DNA from: an uncultured Gemmatimonadales bacterium
Lineage (GTDB): Bacteria; Gemmatimonadota; Gemmatimonadetes; Longimicrobiales; Gaopeijiaceae
DNA: 64,000 bases
Direction: 5' to 3'
Assembly (NCBI GenBank): GCA_963823035.1
Contig: CAWGKG010000021.1
Coordinates: forward strand, 1 to 64,000
Each line of letters opens with the position of its first letter. The first letter of the stretch is position 1. A model generated the notes under the pieces. It was given only the letters and a program-made list of their open reading frames with translations. It was not told the origin of the DNA and ran no database searches. This document shows, piece by piece, positions 57,929-64,000 of this stretch. The position numbers were made by a program, and so were the translations under genes.

Positions 57929-60325
57929 TCAACTTCTCAGCCATCGGTCGAAGAACGCCGCCGACCGTCGCACCAGGTCGTAGCGGCTCGCCTCGGTCGC
58001 GATCGTGTGGTGCTCGATCGGATAGACCATCACCTCGAAGTCCTTCTCCAGCTCGATGAGGCGTTGGAGGAGTCGGGCCGTGTCCTGGAAGTGCACGTTG
58101 TCGTCGACGAGCCCGTGCGTGATCAGGAGGTGGTCCGAAAGGCCCTCGGCGTAGTAGATCGGGCTGGAGATGCGGTACGCCTGCGGGTCGAGGTGCGGAA
58201 CGCCGAGGATCCGGCTCGTCCACTCGTCGCTGTAGTGCGACCAGTCGGAGACCGCGGCGCGCGCGATGCCGGCGGCGAACACGCCCGGATAGCGGAACTG
58301 GGACATCAGCGTCATGAACCCACCGTACGAGACGCCGTAGATGCCGATGCGGCGCGCGTCGATCCCCTCTCGCTCCACGAGCCAGCGCGCGGCCGCCACC
58401 GCGCCGTCGACGTCGCTGATGCCCATCGCGTCCGCGATGTCGGTGCGGTAGTCGCGGCCGTAGCCCGCGCTGCCCCGATAGTCGAAGTCGAGGACCGTGT
58501 AGCCCTGCTGCACCATGTAGTTCAGGAAGCCGAGGTGCAGGGCGTAGCCGTATACCGTCCAACCGCGGTGCGCGAACTGGCGGTAACCTCCGCCGTGCAC
58601 GTGGATGAGCGCCGGTCGCTTCGGATCCGGGTGCTCCGGCCGGTACAACGCCGCCCAGAGCGGCCCGCCGTCCGGGTGCTCGAAGGAGACGATCTCCGGT
58701 GCGACGAGCGGGTGCGTGTAGTAGGTGTCGCTCCCGCTCACCGTGACGCGTCGGCCGCGGGGCGCGTCGACCGTGCCGACCCAGAGGTCCGGCATGTGCG
58801 TCGCGTCGTCGGAGACGAGGGCGAGCCGCCTTCCGTCGGGCGAAAGCACGCCCAAGCGGCGGCCCTGGCCCTCGGTCAGGCGCGTCATCTCGCCGCCGCC
58901 GGCGGGCATGCGGTAGAGGTGATCGTCCGCCGGGTGCTCCCGGCTCGCCTGCAGGAGCCATGATGTCCGGTCCCGCGACAGCGTGGCGCCACGCACCTCC
59001 CACGGACCTTCGGTGAGCGGGGTGACGGCCCCGCCGGCGTCCATCAGCCAGAGGTGGCTCCATCCACTGCGCTCGGACGCGAAGACGAAACGGTCCCCTG
59101 GAAGCCACTCCATCAGGGCCGGCTGCAGGTAGTTGGCCTGGACGGGGGGACCGCCGACCCACGCGTCGTCGTGGTCGTGCGTGAGGACGGTCGCCGAGCC
59201 GGTCGCCGGATCGATCTGGGCGAACCAGACGTCCTCGTCGTTCTCGCCGATGAACTGCGCCATGGCCCGGGTGCCCTCCAGGTTCCAGTACGGTCCGTGC
59301 GGTAGGGTCGCCTGGTCCCTCGCCTCCGCGAGGTCGACCCAACGGATGCGTACGCTGTCGGCCGGCACGGCGGGATCCACGTCGACGATGCCGAGGCGGT
59401 AGCGGTCGCGGGGCTCCCCCGCCTTGGAGCGAGCGTCGTGCACCCGGGTGTAGCCGGACGGGTCGAGGTAGTCGACGTACTGCGTCTCCGGACGGTCGGT
59501 CGCCGGGGTGTGCGCACGGAAGGTGAGGTACCGGCCGTCGGGCGAGAGCGTGATCTGCTCGGCGCGCACGTTGGCCGGGAGCGGGATGGGCTGAGGCTCA
59601 CCTCGCGCCGCGGTCGCAGCCGCGGCGACACCTTCCCGTCGAGCACGATCGCGCACGAAGTCGAAGAGGGTGCGCTGCTCCTCGGCGAGCCAGCGCCCCT
59701 CGGCCGTGACGGGAGGCACAGCGGACGGCACCTTACGCGCCAGCACGGTCGTCACGCCGCTGGCCACGTCGTAGCGGAGGAGCGCCTCGCCCACCTGGAA
59801 GTGCACGGCGGTGCCGTGTTCGGCCATCCGCACGTCCGTGACGCTCTCGGTGAGCTCGACGACGGGCCGCGTCGTCGGGTCCGCGCCGGATCGGTAGAGA
59901 AAGACCGTGCTGCCTCGGCCCCAGGCGGCCGTGCGCCCGTCCGGGCTCCAGGAGATCCGATCCCCGGGCACCGCCGCCTCGTCGGAGAGCGGCACCTGCT
60001 CGACCCAAGTCCCGTCCGGCGCGGCGCGGAACCAGGGGTCCGCATCGGGCACGTCGGCGGGGCTCGGCGCGCGATTCCAGCGGAACCACACGGCCGACCC
60101 GTCGGGCGCCCAGCGCACGTCCCGCACGCCCAGCCCCAGCCAGCGGTCGTTCCGGGAAGCATCGCGGAGGGTGAGGGGCGTGTGCGTCGCCGTCTCGGGC
60201 GTCAGCGTCGACTGGTGGAGCGGCGTCGGCTCCCGCTGGCGGGCCGAAAGGCCCGCGGGAGCGAGGCCCACGAGGACGAGTCCGCACAGCAGACGGGCGG
60301 AGCGTTGACGACGACGTGGTGTCAC
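57929..60325 (-). CDS. Secreted S9 family peptidase (dipeptidyl peptidase IV-like)
   Basis: SERSGWSHL, VHGGG, DYRGSAGYGR, GVSYGG, DDNVHFQD, EHH. GTG start follows GAGGA; the ORF track extends it to 60466. Confidence 0.9.
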   Translation of the reverse strand: MTPRRRQRSARLLCGLVLVGLAPAGLSARQREPTPLHQSTLTPETATHTPLTLRDASRNDRWLGLGVRDVRWAPDGSAVWFRWNRAPSPADVPDADPWFRAAPDGTWVEQVPLSDEAAVPGDRISWSPDGRTAAWGRGSTVFLYRSGADPTTRPVVELTESVTDVRMAEHGTAVHFQVGEALLRYDVASGVTTVLARKVPSAVPPVTAEGRWLAEEQRTLFDFVRDRARREGVAAAATAARGEPQPIPLPANVRAEQITLSPDGRYLTFRAHTPATDRPETQYVDYLDPSGYTRVHDARSKAGEPRDRYRLGIVDVDPAVPADSVRIRWVDLAEARDQATLPHGPYWNLEGTRAMAQFIGENDEDVWFAQIDPATGSATVLTHDHDDAWVGGPPVQANYLQPALMEWLPGDRFVFASERSGWSHLWLMDAGGAVTPLTEGPWEVRGATLSRDRTSWLLQASREHPADDHLYRMPAGGGEMTRLTEGQGRRLGVLSPDGRRLALVSDDATHMPDLWVGTVDAPRGRRVTVSGSDTYYTHPLVAPEIVSFEHPDGGPLWAALYRPEHPDPKRPALIHVHGGGYRQFAHRGWTVYGYALHLGFLNYMVQQGYTVLDFDYRGSAGYGRDYRTDIADAMGISDVDGAVAAARWLVEREGIDARRIGIYGVSYGGFMTLMSQFRYPGVFAAGIARAAVSDWSHYSDEWTSRILGVPHLDPQAYRISSPIYYAEGLSDHLLITHGLVDDNVHFQDTARLLQRLIELEKDFEVMVYPIEHHTIATEASRYDLVRRSAAFFDRWLRS

Positions 60326-60501
60326 GGGGCTTCCTCGGGACGCGGGTGGCGAGTGAGGTGCGGGGCCAACGTGCCTCGACGCCCACGAGCTCCGCCAGGG
60401 CTTCGCCGGGGGCGACCGCGCCCCCCCGATGAGGTGATTCGGCTCCATTTGCCGCGTCTCCTCCATGAAGGCAGTGAAGACCCAGCCAAAGGAGGCGGAT
60501 C

Positions 60502-61143
60502 ATGAAGGCGACGACCAGCACCCCCAGGACAGCCCTGCGAGCAGCGACCATCCTCCTGGGCGGGTTGCTTTCCCTGGGCTCGGGTCGCGCCCTCGCGGCC
60601 CAGGCCCCGAGCGCTCCGGGAACGGCCGCGGCGCCGCTCCGCAGCGGCTTCCACTTCTCCATCGGCGCGGGCGCCGCCTCGGTGGGCGCGACCTGCACCG
60701 TCTGCGACGTCGACTTCTTCTCCGATCGCATCAACGGCTTCTCGGGGAACCTGCAGATGGGCGGCGCCCTGAACCAGCAGCTCGTCGTCGCCGTGGAATT
60801 CATGGGGTGGATGAGGAACGACGCACCCATCTACCGACGCATGGCGGCGCTGAACCTGGTGTTCCTCGGGTATCCGAGCGCCCGGTCCGGCTTCTTCATC
60901 AAGGGCGGGGGCGGCGTCGTGCGCGCGATCGTCGAAGACGACTACCTGCTCGTCCAGACCGACGCGTACACGGCCGAGTCGGGCATCGGGTACGACATCC
61001 CGGTGGGCGGGCGCGCCAAGCTCACGGTCTACGCGAACTACCTGCGGACCTTCGCCGGCGGCACGTGGCTCAACGGCATCGTCAGCCCGGTGACGCTCTC
61101 CCCCAACGCCTTCCAGGTCGGGACGGCGCTGACCGTGCACTGA
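60502..61143 (+). CDS. Putative small outer-membrane beta-barrel protein with a CxxC motif
   Basis: Signal peptide and amphipathic strands (GFHFSIGAG, GFFIKGGGG, GIGYDIPV, FQVGTALTVH). CTVC motif. AGGAGG RBS. Confidence 0.7.
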   Translation: MKATTSTPRTALRAATILLGGLLSLGSGRALAAQAPSAPGTAAAPLRSGFHFSIGAGAASVGATCTVCDVDFFSDRINGFSGNLQMGGALNQQLVVAVEFMGWMRNDAPIYRRMAALNLVFLGYPSARSGFFIKGGGGVVRAIVEDDYLLVQTDAYTAESGIGYDIPVGGRAKLTVYANYLRTFAGGTWLNGIVSPVTLSPNAFQVGTALTVH

Positions 61144-61217
61144 CGGGGCGGGGCCGTGCGCCGGGCGTGACAGCGCTCCGGGGAACAGCGCCTGGATGCG
61201 CGGCCCCCGGTCCCCGT

Positions 61218-61245
61218 TTGCGTCGCCGGCGCCGGCGCGTATTCT
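61218..61245 (+). promoter_or_regulatory. Possible sigma-70-like promoter of the sdh operon
   Basis: TTGCGT-16 bp-TATTCT, about 100 bp upstream of the anchor gene. Confidence 0.35.
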
Positions 61246-61347
61246 GTCCCCGCGTTCCGAACCGGCTCCCCCGATGCGCACAGCCGCCTCGGTCGAGCCT
61301 CAGTCGACCCTCCCGCGCGGCGCCCGTGCGTCGCGGAAGGACGGTGC

Positions 61348-62154
61348 ATGGCCACGCCGTCGACGTCCCTTCCCGTGCGGCGGAGCTTCGGCCAGACCGA
61401 GCGTCCCGACGCGTGGTGGCTCCAACCGGCCGCGGTCTTCCTCGGCCTGTCGCTCTTCATCGTCTACTCGACGTGGGCGGCGTTCCAGGGACAGCACTAC
61501 GCCTTCGGAAACTACCTCTCTCCGTTCTACTCGCCGGAGCTGTTCGGCGACTCGACGCACGCGTGGTTCGGGCCCAAGCCGTCCTGGTGGATGTCCTGGA
61601 TGCCGTGGTCGCCGGCCTTCCTGATCCTGTGGGCGCCGGGCGGCTTCCGCCTCACCTGCTACTACTACCGGGGCGCGTACTACAAGGCGTTCTGGGCGGA
61701 CCCACCCTCCTGCACGGTCGGCGAGCCCCGCTCGAGCTACCTGGGTGAGCGACACCTGCCGCTGATCCTGCAGAACGTCCACCGCTACTTCCTGTACCTG
61801 GCGCTGGTCTTCCTGGTGATCCTGGCGTCGGACGTCTGGCACGCGCTCTGGTTCACCGACCCCGCGACGGGCGAGGCGACGTTCGGCGTGGGCGTGGGCA
61901 CGATCGTGCTGGCGCTCAACGTGGTGTTTCTGGGCAGCTACACGCTGGGATGCCATTCGCTGCGCCACCTGGTGGGTGGCCGCTTGAACAAGCTGTCTCG
62001 CCGACCCGTGCGTCGCGGCGCCTATTCGTGCGCCTCCTGCCTCAACCGACGGCACATGCTGTTCGCGTGGATGAGCCTCTTCTGGGTGGGCTTCTCCGAC
62101 CTGTACGTGCGCATGCTGTCGATGGGCGTCTGGACCGACTGGAGGCTCTTTTGA
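61348..62154 (+). CDS. sdhC: Succinate dehydrogenase membrane anchor, mycobacterial Sdh1 (Rv0249c-like) type
   Basis: YLSPFYSP, FRLTCYYYRGAYY, QNVHRYF, YTLGCHSLRH, NRRHMLFAW. Translationally coupled to the flavoprotein gene. Confidence 0.85.
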   Translation: MATPSTSLPVRRSFGQTERPDAWWLQPAAVFLGLSLFIVYSTWAAFQGQHYAFGNYLSPFYSPELFGDSTHAWFGPKPSWWMSWMPWSPAFLILWAPGGFRLTCYYYRGAYYKAFWADPPSCTVGEPRSSYLGERHLPLILQNVHRYFLYLALVFLVILASDVWHALWFTDPATGEATFGVGVGTIVLALNVVFLGSYTLGCHSLRHLVGGRLNKLSRRPVRRGAYSCASCLNRRHMLFAWMSLFWVGFSDLYVRMLSMGVWTDWRLF

Positions 62155-63974
62155 TGGCCGAGCACCGCACCCACCAGCACGACGTCCTCGTGATCGGTGC
62201 GGGCGGGGCGGGCCTGCGCGCCGCCATCGCGGCGGCGGCGACGGGCGCCTCCGTCGGCGTGGTGTGCAAGTCGCTCCTGGGCAAGGCGCACACGGTCATG
62301 GCGGAGGGGGGGATCGCCGCTTCGCTGGGCAACGTGGACACGCGCGACAACTGGCGCGTCCACTTCGCGGATACCATGCGTGGCGGCCAGTACCTCAACA
62401 ACTGGCGGATGGCGGAGCTGCACGCCCAGGAGGCGCCGGATCGCGTGCGCGAGCTGGAGGCCTGGGGAGCGCTCATGGACCGGACCCCCGACGGGCGGAT
62501 CCTGCAGCGCAACTTCGGCGGCCACGCCTATCCGCGGCTGGCGCACGTGGGGGACCGCACGGGCCTCGAGATGTTGCGCACGCTCCAGGACCACGGCGTG
62601 CACGCGGGTATCGACGTGCACATGGAGGTGACGGTCACCGAGCTGCTCCTGGACGCGGGCCGCGTGGTGGGCGCGGTGGCCTACGACCGCGAGCGCGGAC
62701 GCTTCCGGGTGTTCCACGCGGGCGCCGTCGTGCTCGCCACGGGCGGCATCGGCCGCGCGTTCAAGATCACGAGCAACTCGTGGGAGTACTCGGGCGACGG
62801 CCACTCGCTGGCGTACCACGCGGGCGCCGAGCTGGTGGACATGGAGTTCGTCCAGTTCCACCCCACCGGGATGGTGTGGCCCCCCAGCGTGCAGGGGATC
62901 CTGGTCACGGAAGGCGTGCGCGGCGAGGGCGGCATCCTCAAGAACAGCGAGGGTCGCCGCTTCATGTTCGACGACATCCCGCCGCTCTACGCCGGCCAGA
63001 CCGCAGACAACCCCGAGGAGGGTTGGCGCTACGTCACGGGCGACAAGGACGCGCGACGCCCACCCGAGCTGCTCACGCGCGACCACGTGGCCCGCTGCAT
63101 CCTGCGCGAGGTGCGCGAGGGTCGGGGGAGCCCGCACGGCGGCGTCTTCCTGGACATCGCCTGGATCGCCGAGAAGCTCCCGAACGCCGAGGAGCACATC
63201 AAGCGCAAGCTCCCGGGGATGTACCACCAGTTCAAGGAGCTGGCCGGGATCGACATCACGAAGGAGCCGATGGAGGTCGGGCCGACCACGCACTACGCGA
63301 TGGGCGGCATCCGCGTGGACGCCGACACCCAGATGTCGACGGTGCCCGGGCTGTTCGCCTGCGGGGAGTGCGCCGGAGGGCTGCACGGCGCGAACCGCCT
63401 CGGCGGCAACTCGCTCTCGGACCTGCTGGTGTTCGGGAAGCGCGCCGGCGACCACGCCGCCGCCTTCGCGAACGAGGGCGGTGAGGGCGCCGTGGACGAG
63501 GGACAGGTCGAGGCGGCCATGCGGCGCGCGCTCGCGCCGCTCGAACTCACCACCTCCGCGGAGAGCATCGGCCCGCATCGCCTGCTCATGGCGATCCAGC
63601 AGCACATGCAGGACAACGCCGGCATCGTGCGCGACGAGGAGGGGCTGACCCGCGCGCTCGAGGGGATCGAGGAGTTCGCGCACCAGGCCGAGGCGCTCGC
63701 CGTCGGCGGCAACCGCGAGTTCAACCCGGCGTGGCACGCCGCCCTGGACCTGCGGAACATCCTCACCGTGGCGGAGGCGGTCGCCCGGGCTGCGCGCGAG
63801 CGGAAGGAGAGCCGTGGCGCGCACTCGCGTACCGACCACCAGGGCAAGGACCCGGAGTGGGGGAAGGTCAACCTCGTCGTGCGAAAGGGAGCCGGCGGGC
63901 AGATGGAGGTGAAGCGCCGCCCCGTGGTGCCCATGCGCCAGGATCTCGCGGACATCATCGAGGAGATGCGCTGA
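62154..63974 (+). CDS. sdhA: Succinate dehydrogenase/fumarate reductase flavoprotein subunit
   Basis: VIGAGGAG, KAHTVMAEGG (FAD His), QRNFGGH, QFHPT, TEGVRGEGG, HYAMGG, HGANRLGGNSL, RKESRGAH. Confidence 0.95.
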   Translation: MAEHRTHQHDVLVIGAGGAGLRAAIAAAATGASVGVVCKSLLGKAHTVMAEGGIAASLGNVDTRDNWRVHFADTMRGGQYLNNWRMAELHAQEAPDRVRELEAWGALMDRTPDGRILQRNFGGHAYPRLAHVGDRTGLEMLRTLQDHGVHAGIDVHMEVTVTELLLDAGRVVGAVAYDRERGRFRVFHAGAVVLATGGIGRAFKITSNSWEYSGDGHSLAYHAGAELVDMEFVQFHPTGMVWPPSVQGILVTEGVRGEGGILKNSEGRRFMFDDIPPLYAGQTADNPEEGWRYVTGDKDARRPPELLTRDHVARCILREVREGRGSPHGGVFLDIAWIAEKLPNAEEHIKRKLPGMYHQFKELAGIDITKEPMEVGPTTHYAMGGIRVDADTQMSTVPGLFACGECAGGLHGANRLGGNSLSDLLVFGKRAGDHAAAFANEGGEGAVDEGQVEAAMRRALAPLELTTSAESIGPHRLLMAIQQHMQDNAGIVRDEEGLTRALEGIEEFAHQAEALAVGGNREFNPAWHAALDLRNILTVAEAVARAARERKESRGAHSRTDHQGKDPEWGKVNLVVRKGAGGQMEVKRRPVVPMRQDLADIIEEMR

Positions 63975-64000
63975 TGGCGAAGGTCGCCCTGAAGATCTGG
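63974..64000 (+). CDS. sdhB: Probable succinate dehydrogenase Fe-S subunit, truncated at the window edge
   Basis: ATG overlaps the sdhA stop (TGATG) and reads MAKVALKIW. Identity is inferred from operon position only. Confidence 0.55.

Overview
Very GC-rich (roughly 70%+, by eye) bacterial chromosomal DNA. The gene content suggests Gemmatimonadota or a similar lineage (inference): PadR plus duplicated orphan permease pairs, VPS10/BNR proteins, DUF5916, and many secreted peptidases. About 45 genes are visible. They include secreted hydrolases (S9 x2, S46, M1, M14, metzincin, CocE, GH2, VPS10 x2, MBL) and three PadR-permease modules with visible operators. There is also a ComDE-like decarboxylase plus cyclase operon, an FAD/Fe-S oxidase, aminotransferase, TRAP, crotonase and CoA-transferase catabolic cluster, and the start of an actinobacterial Sdh1-type succinate dehydrogenase operon. 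Many genes carry apparent single-base frameshifts, mostly +1 insertions, that look like long-read errors rather than pseudogenes. I saw no rRNA, tRNA, CRISPR or mobile element. The most interesting observations are: (1) a convergent four-gene module bracketed by two inward-facing sigma-54 promoters, containing an enhancer-binding protein, a degenerate kinase, a DivK-like receiver and a lytic transglycosylase; (2) PadR-permease modules with paralog-specific twin operators at an identical 33-bp spacing, where PadR subtype co-varies with the permease N-terminal domain; (3) a degenerate alkaline-phosphatase-like domain fused to a GH2 beta-galactosidase.
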